Shown piece by piece: positions 1 to 9,552 of a stretch of 56,996 nucleotides of DNA. Numbering within the stretch: the stretch's first letter is position 1; each line of letters begins with the position of its first letter. This DNA comes from an uncultured Anaerolinea sp. (GTDB lineage: Bacteria > Chloroflexota > Anaerolineae > Anaerolineales > Anaerolineaceae). The DNA is taken from contig CAYYBP010000001.1 of the NCBI GenBank assembly GCA_964470275.1, forward strand, positions 1 through 56,996, given 5' to 3'. The notes beneath the pieces are model-generated. The model saw only the letters and a list, made by a program, of their open reading frames with translations, searched no databases and was not told the DNA's origin. The position numbers were made by a program, and so were the translations under genes.

Positions 1-490
<490 letters not shown>

Positions 491-571
491 TCAATTTCCT
501 GGTCAGGATTGAACTTTGATTTTTTTAAGCGAACGGGTCTAAGTATAACGAATATTCCGGTTTTTGACCGG

Positions 572-1963
572 TCAACTCACCAGTTCTTTTAATTTTTTAC
601 CTACCCGGCTGGTCGATTTACCGTCGTCAAAGGTGCATATCTCGCTGATAATATTCTTTCGGCCGGCCTGTCTTTCCTCCGGGTTTGTGAAACCACGGTT
701 GACCGCCTCGATGTATTCGCTCTTCGATCTCACCACGTCCAACCCGCCTGAATTGGTGATGGGGATGTAATGCTCGCGGACGTACAGTTCTTTCAACACC
801 CTGTCAAACCGCTTTGAGAATCCCGGGTCATAAGCCGGACCGATCTGGGGGCGGTCGTATACAGCCCCGTCAACCGACAGGGTGGAGGACGAATTGATGT
901 GAACCGCGCAGTGGTACAGCGTCGAGCACAGCTGCTCGATATCCGCCCGGGTGATGTTGATCTGCCCTTTGCTCTCGCTCGCCTGCCAGCTCCGATCCAC
1001 GCGGATGTTCACGCCGTTGCGCAGCACCTCCACCCAGCGATCTGAACCGTCGCCGGGGTGCCGCCGGAACAGGATCACCGGGTCTCCAGCGACCTTGCCG
1101 GCACTGATGGCGTCGTCCAGTTGCTTGAGGAACAGGTGCTCGTTTGGCACGATGCGGTAGGTTCCCCCGCCGAACAGGATCACCGGCCTGCCCGTGGGCA
1201 TATCGAGCTTTTGCCGCCACGCGGCTTCCTCCTGGATATACGAGGGATCGTAATAAAAATCGAACTGCGGCGGTCCGGTCACCGTGATCATTTCGGCGGT
1301 GATGTAGGGGTAAGACCGCAGGAGCTCGTCGCGGTTGTACTTGTTCCATACCAGGTAATGCGTAAAGGGAATCGGCAGCCTGGTGCGGCTGGTCACGTTG
1401 TCGAAGGAAAGGATGGAGGTGATGGCAGGAATTCCCCGTTTTTGCGCGCAGCGCAGCAGCGGTTCTTCCTTGTTGACAAAGGGGGTTATCGAGAAAATGA
1501 CGTCCGGGCGAGCGGTTTCAAGGATTTGATCGAATTCGCGGTAATTGGTTTCCGTCCAGAACAGGCGGTCTTCTTCTTTTTGAAGGTCTTCAACGCGCTT
1601 CGGATCTGATACTTTGACGCGATCCTGCAATATTTTCTTCTGATAAGAGAGCTGTTCCCGTAAACTGAGCAGCGACCCTTCCCGCCGGAGGTCGATCTCG
1701 GTGGTGATCGTTTTGCGGTACAGCTTGTGCCAGAAGTTCAGCAGCTCGCGCGCTTCCCTGAAGTCCGCCCCAAAGGTGAAGTTCGGCACCTGGTAGATTT
1801 CCGCCCCTCTTGCCTTGAACTCCGCTTCCAGTTCCGCGTCCGCCCAGCTCAGCCCAATCAGCGGTTGCACGAACTCGCTCAGCGCGTCCAACATCCCGGT
1901 CCTCAGGATGTAGCGCACAGAGAAGTGGGTGAAGATGGGGATGAAAAGCCTTGGTTTGGGCAT
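572..1963 (-). CDS. GT-B-fold glycosyl/glycerophosphotransferase-like protein (TagF-like; family uncertain)
   Basis: 463-aa ORF with balanced composition. The C-terminal half (PVILFGGGTYR...FRRHPGD...LYHCAVHINSSSTLSVDGAVYDRPQI) resembles the TagF/CDP-glycerol glycerophosphotransferase layout (ILYAPTxR ... HP ... DYSS..FD...RP.I). The call rests on pattern only. Confidence 0.45.
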   Translation of the reverse strand: MPKPRLFIPIFTHFSVRYILRTGMLDALSEFVQPLIGLSWADAELEAEFKARGAEIYQVPNFTFGADFREARELLNFWHKLYRKTITTEIDLRREGSLLSLREQLSYQKKILQDRVKVSDPKRVEDLQKEEDRLFWTETNYREFDQILETARPDVIFSITPFVNKEEPLLRCAQKRGIPAITSILSFDNVTSRTRLPIPFTHYLVWNKYNRDELLRSYPYITAEMITVTGPPQFDFYYDPSYIQEEAAWRQKLDMPTGRPVILFGGGTYRIVPNEHLFLKQLDDAISAGKVAGDPVILFRRHPGDGSDRWVEVLRNGVNIRVDRSWQASESKGQINITRADIEQLCSTLYHCAVHINSSSTLSVDGAVYDRPQIGPAYDPGFSKRFDRVLKELYVREHYIPITNSGGLDVVRSKSEYIEAVNRGFTNPEERQAGRKNIISEICTFDDGKSTSRVGKKLKELVS

Positions 1964-2032
1964 GGCAACTCCAGGGTCGGATGTAGACCGGTTGATCGAT
2001 CGGTTGGTATGCCAGCTATTATAAATGGATAT

Positions 2033-3682
2033 CTACTTTTTACCGGAGTACATCAGCGGGGGGTCGAGGTACTCCACTCCCGCCTTTTCAGCCGCTGCCC
2101 GGATGAAGGCCAGGAAGAGCGGGTGGGGTCGGGTTGGCCGAGAGAGGAACTCGGGATGGAACTGCGTGCCCAGCATGAAAGGGTGATCCCGCAGCTCCGT
2201 GATCTCCACCAGTTGCTTATCCGGCGACAACCCCGAGTAGACCATACCGTGCTCCGCGAACTGGTCGCGGTACTGGTTGTTGAACTCAAAGCGGTGGCGG
2301 TGGCGTTCTTCAACTTTTTTCAACCCGTACGCCTTCTGCGCGATCGATCCCCGCTGCAAATCGCAGGGATACAGACCCAGGCGCATGGTTCCGCCCATAT
2401 CCTCGATATTTTTCTGTTCAGGCATCAGGTCGATCACCGGGTGGAGCGTGGCGGGATCAAATTCAGACGAATTGACCTTTTCTGTTCCCAGTACGTAGCG
2501 CCCGAATTCAACCACGAGCAATTGCATCCCAAGGCACAGGCCGAAATATGGCACTTTGTTCACGCGCGCGTAATGGGCGGCGGCGATTTTACCCTCGATG
2601 CCGCGGCTGCCGAACCCCCCCGGCACGACAATACCGCTCACTTTATCCAACATTTCAAGGTTGTCTTCTTTTTCCAGGTCGGCGGAATGAATCCACTTCA
2701 AGTCCAGGTCGAGCCCCAGGAACAACGAGGCGTGCTTGAGCGCTTCACGAACGCTGATATAGGCATCGTGCAATTCCACGTATTTGCCGACCAGTGCGAT
2801 GGAGATCTTGGGGCGTTTCTTTTTCGTTTCGGTGATCAGCATTTCCCAGCCGGTCCAATCCGGCTGCTGCCTGGGCTCCAGGTGTAGATTTTCCATCAGG
2901 AATTCCGCGACGCGCTCTTTTTCCAGCAGCAGGGGGATCTCATACAGGATCGGCGCGGTCACCATGCTGATGACTGCCCGTTTTTCCACGTCGCAAAAGA
3001 GGGCGATTTTCTCCCGCAGGTTCTCCTTGATGGGCATATCGCTGCGCGCCATGATCATGTTGGGCGTGATACCGATGGAGCGTAATTCACTCACCGAGTG
3101 CTGGGTGGGCTTGGTCTTGATCTCGTCGGTTGCCCCGATGTATGGCAGCCACGTCACGTGGATGTAGGTGGTGTTTTCCCTGCCCAGGTCGGTGCGCAGC
3201 TGGCGCAGCGCCTCGAGAAAGGGCAGGCTCTCGATATCGCCGACCGTGCCGCCTACTTCCACGATGACGATCTCAGCCTTCGTCGTCTTTGCCACCAGGC
3301 CGATCCTGCGTTTGATCTCGTCCGTGATGTGGGGGATGACCTGGATGGTGCCGCCAAGATAATCGCCGCGTCGTTCCTTTGAGATCACCTCTGCGTACAC
3401 CTGGCCGGTGGTGATGTTGCACACCCGGTTCAGGCGGATGTCAATAAACCGTTCGTAATGTCCCAGGTCGAGATCGGTCTCCGCTCCGTCATCCAGCACA
3501 AATACCTCTCCGTGCTGGTAAGGGCTCATGGTTCCCGGGTCTACGTTGATGTACGGATCCAGTTTTTGCACCGCGACCTTAAATCCGCGTTCCTTCAGGA
3601 TTCGCCCTATGGCCGCAGCGGTGACACCTTTACCGACAGAACTGACAACACCACCTGTGATGAAAATGTATTTTGTGGGCAT
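2033..3682 (-). CDS. pyrG: CTP synthase
   Basis: 549 aa. N-terminus [19 protein letters not shown]. Glutamine amidotransferase active site GLCLGMQ and HRHRFEFN near the C-terminus. SD AGGAG at 3688-3692. Confidence 0.97.
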   Translation of the reverse strand: MPTKYIFITGGVVSSVGKGVTAAAIGRILKERGFKVAVQKLDPYINVDPGTMSPYQHGEVFVLDDGAETDLDLGHYERFIDIRLNRVCNITTGQVYAEVISKERRGDYLGGTIQVIPHITDEIKRRIGLVAKTTKAEIVIVEVGGTVGDIESLPFLEALRQLRTDLGRENTTYIHVTWLPYIGATDEIKTKPTQHSVSELRSIGITPNMIMARSDMPIKENLREKIALFCDVEKRAVISMVTAPILYEIPLLLEKERVAEFLMENLHLEPRQQPDWTGWEMLITETKKKRPKISIALVGKYVELHDAYISVREALKHASLFLGLDLDLKWIHSADLEKEDNLEMLDKVSGIVVPGGFGSRGIEGKIAAAHYARVNKVPYFGLCLGMQLLVVEFGRYVLGTEKVNSSEFDPATLHPVIDLMPEQKNIEDMGGTMRLGLYPCDLQRGSIAQKAYGLKKVEERHRHRFEFNNQYRDQFAEHGMVYSGLSPDKQLVEITELRDHPFMLGTQFHPEFLSRPTRPHPLFLAFIRAAAEKAGVEYLDPPLMYSGKK

Positions 3683-3712
3683 TCTTTCTCCTATGCGGTT
3701 TATATAAAGCAG

Positions 3713-3742
3713 CGAGGAGGGCTGTTTTTCCTGCCCTCCTCG
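3713..3742 (-). promoter_or_regulatory. GC-rich 10-bp hairpin in the pyrG 5' leader (candidate attenuator or translational switch)
   Basis: Minus strand reads CGAGGAGGGC-N10-GCCCTCCTCG followed by CUGCUUUAUAUAAA, about 30 nt upstream of the pyrG ATG. The 3' arm is also complementary to the pyrG SD. Confidence 0.3.
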
Positions 3743-3829
3743 TTAGATGGGTTTGCCTGAAGCCAAACGATTCATTTGCTGCATCACCATGTATTCACCT
3801 GGGTAAAGTGTAACACAACTTGAATTCTA

Positions 3830-3861
3830 TAATAAGAAAACCATCCCGAAGGATGGTTTTT
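3830..3861 (-). terminator. Intrinsic terminator downstream of the S1-domain gene
   Basis: Minus strand reads AAAACCATCC-TTCG-GGATGGTTTT followed by CTTATTAT, starting 6 nt after the S1 gene stop. Confidence 0.7.
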
Positions 3862-3866
3862 GATGG

Positions 3867-4706
3867 TTAAGTGGTTTGCACCTTGTTCTCGAGCGTCCTG
3901 GAGAGAATTTCTTCCTGTTCCGCGGAGGAAGTTTTCACTTTCTTGGTTTCCTGTCGTTTCTTGCGTTCCTTGGCTTTTTCCATCGCCTCGCGCATCGCCA
4001 GTTCCATCGCGGTGGGTTCTGGTTCAGCCGGCTCATTGATGGATTCCATCAGGTCGCTGTTGTCCACATCGGATTTGCGGCGTGGTTTACGATCTGTCTT
4101 CTTTTCCCGTGACGGTCTGGCTGAGGGGCGCGCCGCGGGGGTTTCGGTCTTTTCTTCAACAATTTTTTCAGGTTCCGGTTGAATAGCCTTCATGCTCAGC
4201 TTGATCTGTTTCTTGCGTTTGTTCACGTCAATGATCTGGGCTTCGATTTCGTCGCCTTCCTTGACGACATCCGACGGCACCTTTACATACCCGTGTGCCA
4301 TTTCGCTGATATGAACCAGCCCTGGCCTTTCGGCCCCGATCTCAACAAAAGCACCAAATTTTTCCAGTCGCACCACAGTTCCTTTGACCGTGTCGCCGAC
4401 CTTGACCTCGCGCCATTCAAGGTCGAGTGGTTTAATCATCGTCAATTCGATGCGTTCTTCGTCGTCCTTGCGCGTGATCTTTTTGACCCAAACATCGATC
4501 TCATCGCCGATCTTGAGCACTTCATCGATCTTTTTGTTGGCGGTTTCTTCCGGAACAACAACCTGTGAAATATGCATGAAAGCTGGTTTTCCTACCCCGA
4601 TATCCAATATCGCGCCGGCGAGGTTGACCTTGACTACTTTTGCTTTGTATTGCATTTTAGATCGGGGTTCCAGGTTTTCGTTTAACTCAGCGTTCATTTC
4701 CATCAC
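3867..4706 (-). CDS. S1 RNA-binding domain protein (two S1/OB repeats plus a K/R/E-rich tail)
   Basis: Two S1-like repeats (KVNLAGAILDIGVGKPAFMHISQV; GTVVRLEKFGAFVEIGAERPGLVHISEM), then a highly charged low-complexity C-terminus. The exact start is uncertain (GTG/ATG cluster). Confidence 0.85.
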   Translation of the reverse strand: MMEMNAELNENLEPRSKMQYKAKVVKVNLAGAILDIGVGKPAFMHISQVVVPEETANKKIDEVLKIGDEIDVWVKKITRKDDEERIELTMIKPLDLEWREVKVGDTVKGTVVRLEKFGAFVEIGAERPGLVHISEMAHGYVKVPSDVVKEGDEIEAQIIDVNKRKKQIKLSMKAIQPEPEKIVEEKTETPAARPSARPSREKKTDRKPRRKSDVDNSDLMESINEPAEPEPTAMELAMREAMEKAKERKKRQETKKVKTSSAEQEEILSRTLENKVQTT

Positions 4707-4798
4707 ACGTCTCTTTCGTAATCGTTATTTTGCGAAAGGGGATTATACCCCTTGCTGTTGTATCTGTCAATTTTTTTATCGCCCGCATCGATTTGTTC

Positions 4799-6049
4799 TT
4801 AGTTTCCCTTCAATAACAACTCGACCGCCTTCTCCAGCTGGGAGTCGCGTTCCGCGGCGATATCCTCTTCCGTGATCTCAACGACCACGTCCGGGGTCAG
4901 ACCCACTTCGTGGATCAACCGCCCGTTGGGCGTCAGCCACCTGGCGATCGTCACCTTTACCGCTCCCTGGTTATTATCCAGAGGCACCCAGTTTTGCACC
5001 GATCCTTTGCCGTAAGTGGTGGTGCCCACGATCTTGCCGCGGTCAAGGTCCTGGATCGCGCCCGCCGTGATTTCAGACGCGGAGGCCGATCCGCCGTTCA
5101 CCAGCACGACCAGTGGGATCTCGGTCGCCAGGCCGCCCGGGATGGCATCAAAGGGAACCTCTTCACCCGTGCCAAGTTTTTCGATCATGACCACACCCGA
5201 GGGGATGAATTGCGAGATCACTTCGATGGCGGTGTCCACATATCCGCCGCCGTTGTCCCTTAGGTCAAGGATCAATCCAACCGGGTCCTGTGCGAGCAGT
5301 TCCTGCAGCGCGGCCTTCATGTCGTCGGCGGTGGTCTCCGCGAACGAATACAGCGCGATGTAACCAATTTTGTTGTCAAGCATCTTGCTTTCAATACTGG
5401 GGATGATGATTTTTTCGCGCACGATGCTGAATTCCAGAGTCTCTTCCGGGTCATGCCGTTGTATGGTCAGAACAACGGTTGTGCCTTCAGGTCCGAGCAC
5501 GGATTGAAGCGTGATGCTCGGGTCAGTGCCGGAAACATCCTTTCCATCGATGGCGATGATCTCATCTCCAGGTTTCAGCCCGGCTTTCTCGGCGGGTGAA
5601 TCGGGCATCGGGCTGATGATGGTTAGCAATTCTCCGCTCGTGTCCACCCAGGCGCCGATGCCGGTGTAAGAGCCGTCCAGCGGGGTGGTTGCCTGTTCAT
5701 ATTCCATCGGGGTCATGTACCCGGTGTGCTTGTCACCCAGCGAATCCAGCATGCCGCGGATGGCGCCCTGCATCAGCGAGAGGTCGTCAACCGGCTGGTC
5801 TACAAATTGATCATGCACGATCTGCCAGGCTTCCCAAAAGGGTTCAAACAGCCTGTCAAGTTCGGTGCTTGATGGTTTTGTGACCTGTGGTTCCATGGTC
5901 GGTGCTGCGGTCGGTTCAGCCAGCGTTTCGATATTCGATGCGGATGGGATCAACCATCCAACGATCACACCGCCGGAAAACGCCCCGGCTAACAGGATGA
6001 TGGAAACCAGGGCCAGCAGGATGTTTCTTGCAGTATGGTTAGGGTTCAT
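4799..6049 (-). CDS. Carboxy-terminal processing protease (peptidase S41), membrane anchored
   Basis: N-terminal TM helix. PDZ signature GLKPGDEIIAIDG. S41 catalytic region LVNGGSASASEITAGA...TYGKGSVQ. Confidence 0.92.
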   Translation of the reverse strand: MNPNHTARNILLALVSIILLAGAFSGGVIVGWLIPSASNIETLAEPTAAPTMEPQVTKPSSTELDRLFEPFWEAWQIVHDQFVDQPVDDLSLMQGAIRGMLDSLGDKHTGYMTPMEYEQATTPLDGSYTGIGAWVDTSGELLTIISPMPDSPAEKAGLKPGDEIIAIDGKDVSGTDPSITLQSVLGPEGTTVVLTIQRHDPEETLEFSIVREKIIIPSIESKMLDNKIGYIALYSFAETTADDMKAALQELLAQDPVGLILDLRDNGGGYVDTAIEVISQFIPSGVVMIEKLGTGEEVPFDAIPGGLATEIPLVVLVNGGSASASEITAGAIQDLDRGKIVGTTTYGKGSVQNWVPLDNNQGAVKVTIARWLTPNGRLIHEVGLTPDVVVEITEEDIAAERDSQLEKAVELLLKGN

Positions 6050-6324
6050 TTTTGATCTCCAGCGATTTCTTTACCATTATTTTCGGTTAAATCTTTGGTT
6101 TGTTTTAAATGATTCACTCGTTTTGCCAGTTCCTGCATTTGTTCATTTTCAGAGTGAAACGGATCTTTCATGTTCTTCCCGGTTTGCTGCATCATCTCGA
6201 ACCAGTGTTTACCTGTCGTTTTATGCCGCAGGCTGGTGATGAGACTGATGTTCAACGACACCACCGTCAATATCAACAGGATGATGAGCACCCACCCCAG
6301 CGGAGAAATACCGTTTGAGGTCAT
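6046..6324 (-). CDS. Small single-pass membrane protein, unknown function
   Basis: 92 aa with one clear TM helix (GWVLIILLILTVVSLNISLI). ATGA start/stop overlaps with both the upstream HAD gene and the downstream protease gene suggest translational coupling. Confidence 0.6.
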   Translation of the reverse strand: MTSNGISPLGWVLIILLILTVVSLNISLITSLRHKTTGKHWFEMMQQTGKNMKDPFHSENEQMQELAKRVNHLKQTKDLTENNGKEIAGDQK

Positions 6325-6980
6325 CCAGCCTGCCCCTGTCCGCCTCTCGTCACCGGCAGCACATCCAGCAGGTCATACAGGCTGAAGATCGCGGCGTCGG
6401 CATAAGGCGACCTGGTTTCCGTGCCGACCTGGATGGTGAAATACCCCAGGCGGTGCGCAGTTTCAAGGTTGCGCGGCGCGTCGTCGATGACGATGCACTC
6501 CCCCGGGTTTTGGATCTGCGCCAGTTCCTGCGCCCGGGCGTAAGCTTCAGGGAATGGTTTGCAGTACGGCGAAATCTGGAGAATGTCGATGATCTGCTCG
6601 AACGTGCCGTCCAGGCCGAGGGCTGCGATCACCCTTTTTGCGTGCCCCTGGTTGGCGTTGGTAAAGATCACCTTTCTTTCATCATACAGGCTGAGTGTCC
6701 GCATCAGCATTTCATCATTCCGCAGGTAGTTTTCGATGGGGATGTCATGCACGTAATCAAGGAATTCCAGTTCGTCAATATCATAGCGGATCTTCAGACC
6801 GCGCAGCGTGGTGCCGTATTCATGCCACAGGTTGTCGCGCAGTTGCTGAACGTTCTGTTTGTCGATCCCCAGGTGGGTGACGATGAATTCATCCATCCGC
6901 ACCCCGATCGCCTGCCAGATGCCGGTCGTTGATGGGTATAACGTGTCGTCCAGGTCGAACAGAAGCGCTTCAAAACTCAT
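6321..6980 (-). CDS. HAD-superfamily hydrolase (pyrimidine 5'-nucleotidase-like)
   Basis: Motif I at the N-terminus (LLFDLDDTLYP). FTNA (motif II-like) and IVIDDAPRN (motif IV-like). Confidence 0.85.
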   Translation of the reverse strand: MSFEALLFDLDDTLYPSTTGIWQAIGVRMDEFIVTHLGIDKQNVQQLRDNLWHEYGTTLRGLKIRYDIDELEFLDYVHDIPIENYLRNDEMLMRTLSLYDERKVIFTNANQGHAKRVIAALGLDGTFEQIIDILQISPYCKPFPEAYARAQELAQIQNPGECIVIDDAPRNLETAHRLGYFTIQVGTETRSPYADAAIFSLYDLLDVLPVTRGGQGQAG

Positions 6981-7045
6981 AGCGGAAAGTATACCTTATT
7001 GTCTACGGGCGGTAAGAGGAAACCCGGTAGGATATAATACCTTGT

Positions 7046-8791
7046 ATGAAGATTAAGATTCTGCCCGATGAGGTAGCCTCTCAGATCGCTGCCGGCGAAG
7101 TCATCGAGAGACCGGCGTCCGTGGTGAAGGAGCTGCTCGAAAACACCATCGATGCCGGCGCCGCTCGCGTTCAAATTCGGGTCGACGACGCGGGGAAGAG
7201 GCTCATCGAGGTCAGTGATGACGGCGTGGGGATTTCGGTGGATGACCTGCCCCTGGCGGTTGTGGGTCACGCCACCAGCAAACTAAACTCTGCGGATGAC
7301 CTTTTTCATATCACAACGCTAGGTTTCCGGGGGGAGGCGCTCGCGTCGATCGGCGCGGTTTCGCGCATGACCCTTGTTTCCAAAAACGAAGGCGCGTCGA
7401 ACGGCGCCAGCATCGTCGTTGAGGGCGGCAAAGTGATCGGTACTGAGTTGACCGGCGGTCCATCTGGTACCGTTGTGCGGGTGCAGGACCTGTTTTTCAA
7501 TACTCCTGCCAGGTTGAAGTTCCTCAAACGCGACCTCACCGAACGCCAACAGATCGACGCCCTGGTGACGCGCTACGCCCTCGCATACCCGGATAAAGCC
7601 ATTCATCTCCAGGAAGACGGCAAACCCGTGCTCATGACCACCGGCAACGGCAACCGGCGGGAGATTTTGACGCAGATCTACGGCGTTGACCTGGCGAAGC
7701 AGTTGCTTGAAGTTGTGTTTGAAGAAGAGGGAACACAGATTCACGGCTTTATCAGCCCCATTTCGGTAAACCGTTCAAACCGCAAGGACATCACGTTTTT
7801 TGTCAACGGGCGCTGGGTGCAGGATACCACTCTCACCGCTGCTTTGGTAAAAGCCTACCAGACCTACCTGATGGTTGGCCGTTACCCGCTGGCGGTTCTG
7901 TTTCTCCAACTCCCGCCGGAAGAGATCGACGTGAACGTTCACCCGGCCAAGTCCGAGGTGAGGTTCAGGTATCCAGACCAGGTCTTTTCCACCCTGCAGC
8001 GGGCGGTGCGCAGAGCCCTGATGGCCTATTCGCCGGTTCCCCAGGTTACCCCTCCCGCCTGGCGCTTCGAACAGGGTCCCGCCATCCCGGCAGTATCGCC
8101 GGGCGCGTGGGATGCCTGGAGCAGCCGGGATGAAAACGGGACCGCCAGTAACACGCCAGCCCCGCCGCCGGAGGCCGGTACATATCAGCCGGCCGCGCTT
8201 GGCGGCATCCCGCTCCTGCGCCTGATCGGTCAGATCGGGGGCACCTACCTGGTGGCCGAAGGACCGGATGGTTTGTACCTCATTGACCAGCACGCGGCGC
8301 ATGAGAGGATCTTGTACGAAAAAATGACCCGGCAAAAGGGCAAAGTCGTCACCCAGGACCTTCTCGTTCCGCAGGTGCTGCAGCTTCCCCCTCAATCTGC
8401 CAGGCTGCTCGTCGATAAACTGCCCGTTCTCATCCAGATTGGTTTCAAGATCGAAGAATTCGGAGCGAACACGTTCAGGATCAGTGCTGTCCCGGCGATT
8501 TTCAACCAGCGCGACCCGCAGGCGGCGGTGCGCAGCGTGATCGAGGATTTTGAAGAAGATGAGACCCCGCTGGCGGGAATGCTTGAAGAACAATTGATCG
8601 CCAGGATCTGCAAGCGCATGGCGGTGAAGGGGGGCACGCGTTTATCGCCCGAGGAGCAGGAAGCCATCCTGCGAGACCTGGAGAATTGTGCCTCTCCGCG
8701 CACCTGCCCGCATGGTCGTCCGACGATGATAAACCTTTCTGTCGATCTGCTCGAAAGGCAGTTCGGCAGGCGCGGCGCGCGTTCGATCTAA
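7046..8791 (+). CDS. mutL: DNA mismatch repair protein MutL (endonuclease type)
   Basis: GHKL ATPase N-terminus (IAAGEVIERPASVVKELLENTIDAG, GFRGEAL). C-terminal DQHAAHERILYE endonuclease motif. Confidence 0.96.
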   Translation: MKIKILPDEVASQIAAGEVIERPASVVKELLENTIDAGAARVQIRVDDAGKRLIEVSDDGVGISVDDLPLAVVGHATSKLNSADDLFHITTLGFRGEALASIGAVSRMTLVSKNEGASNGASIVVEGGKVIGTELTGGPSGTVVRVQDLFFNTPARLKFLKRDLTERQQIDALVTRYALAYPDKAIHLQEDGKPVLMTTGNGNRREILTQIYGVDLAKQLLEVVFEEEGTQIHGFISPISVNRSNRKDITFFVNGRWVQDTTLTAALVKAYQTYLMVGRYPLAVLFLQLPPEEIDVNVHPAKSEVRFRYPDQVFSTLQRAVRRALMAYSPVPQVTPPAWRFEQGPAIPAVSPGAWDAWSSRDENGTASNTPAPPPEAGTYQPAALGGIPLLRLIGQIGGTYLVAEGPDGLYLIDQHAAHERILYEKMTRQKGKVVTQDLLVPQVLQLPPQSARLLVDKLPVLIQIGFKIEEFGANTFRISAVPAIFNQRDPQAAVRSVIEDFEEDETPLAGMLEEQLIARICKRMAVKGGTRLSPEEQEAILRDLENCASPRTCPHGRPTMINLSVDLLERQFGRRGARSI

Positions 8792-9552
8792 ATTCCCCCC
8801 ACAAGTTCAGAGATTTGCGGCAGCGCCAGGCTGACATCCATGTTCAGTACCAGGTCCGCCCTGCGGTCAAGCGGGGTGGGCGAGTAATTGATCAGCATCA
8901 CTTTGGCGCCTTTCTCGAGCGCGTCGTAAGGCAGGCTCGCCGCTGGGAAAACCTCAAGCGATGAACCCGCCACCAGCAGCAGGTCGCAGGATCTAATTTC
9001 TGTTTCCGCCGCCTGCCAGGCTTTCATCGGTAGGGCTTCCTCGTACAGGGTGATATCTGGTCTCACCACCCCGCCGCATTTGGGGCAGCGCGGGATCGAG
9101 CCGCTTTGAATTTCCTCAATAATTTCCTTGGCATCGGGCGCAATAGCTCCGCACATTGGGCAGTAGAATACCCGCATATTACCGTGCAACTCGATGACCC
9201 TTGAAGATCCGGCTCGCTGGTGCAGACCGTCAATGTTTTGCGTGATGACTGCTTTTACGATCCCGGCCTGTTCGAGCACAGCGAGCGCGGTGTGAGCCGG
9301 GTTCGGGCTCGCCGCGGTGGCGGCTTTCATCAGTGGTCTTAACCAGTCGTAAAAAACTTTCGGGCGAAATCTGAACGCGGTGGCAGAGGCAACCTCCATT
9401 GGGTCGTCTTTCTGCCACAGGCCGCTGCCGGCGCTGCGGAAATCTGGTATCCCGGACGGGGTGGAAATTCCCGCGCCGCTGAACACGACCATATGGGTGG
9501 ATTGCCGAACAAGCTGCGCGGCAGCGTTGACCAGATCCCTGCTGATTGCCAT
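8788..9552 (-). CDS. NAD-dependent protein deacylase (sirtuin, CobB-like)
   Basis: GAGISTPSGIPDFRS, QNIDGLH, Zn ribbon CPMCG...CPKCGG. ATG at 9552 shares one nucleotide with the upstream stop (TGATG); the ORF-track start at 9555 is a TTG. Confidence 0.92.
   Translation of the reverse strand: MAISRDLVNAAAQLVRQSTHMVVFSGAGISTPSGIPDFRSAGSGLWQKDDPMEVASATAFRFRPKVFYDWLRPLMKAATAASPNPAHTALAVLEQAGIVKAVITQNIDGLHQRAGSSRVIELHGNMRVFYCPMCGAIAPDAKEIIEEIQSGSIPRCPKCGGVVRPDITLYEEALPMKAWQAAETEIRSCDLLLVAGSSLEVFPAASLPYDALEKGAKVMLINYSPTPLDRRADLVLNMDVSLALPQISELVGGI

Noticed and set aside
564-575. Perfect 12-bp palindrome TTGACCGGTCAA overlapping the stop of the TagF-like gene.
   Set aside because: It is short and isolated with no partner site. 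It cannot be distinguished from chance or from a weak terminator stem without comparative data.
1727-2887. 386-aa ORF antisense to pyrG. Similar long antisense or alternate-frame ORFs occur at 7775-8593 (opposite mutL), 24163-24873 (opposite degV), 40747-41436 (opposite the UPF0104 gene), 48049-48612 and 11508-12170.
   Set aside because: Each lies entirely within a gene whose product has unmistakable family motifs. Their translations are R/G/P/H-rich with no motifs, which is typical of open antisense frames in GC-rich DNA.
8788-9552. SIR2-domain protein as a possible anti-phage NADase (Thoeris, DSR or SIR2-HerA type).
   Set aside because: It is a compact CobB-type sirtuin with the full deacylase motifs (GAGIS..GIPDFRS, QNIDGLH) and a Cys4 Zn ribbon. 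It has no fused sensor or effector domains and no partner defence genes, and its context is housekeeping.
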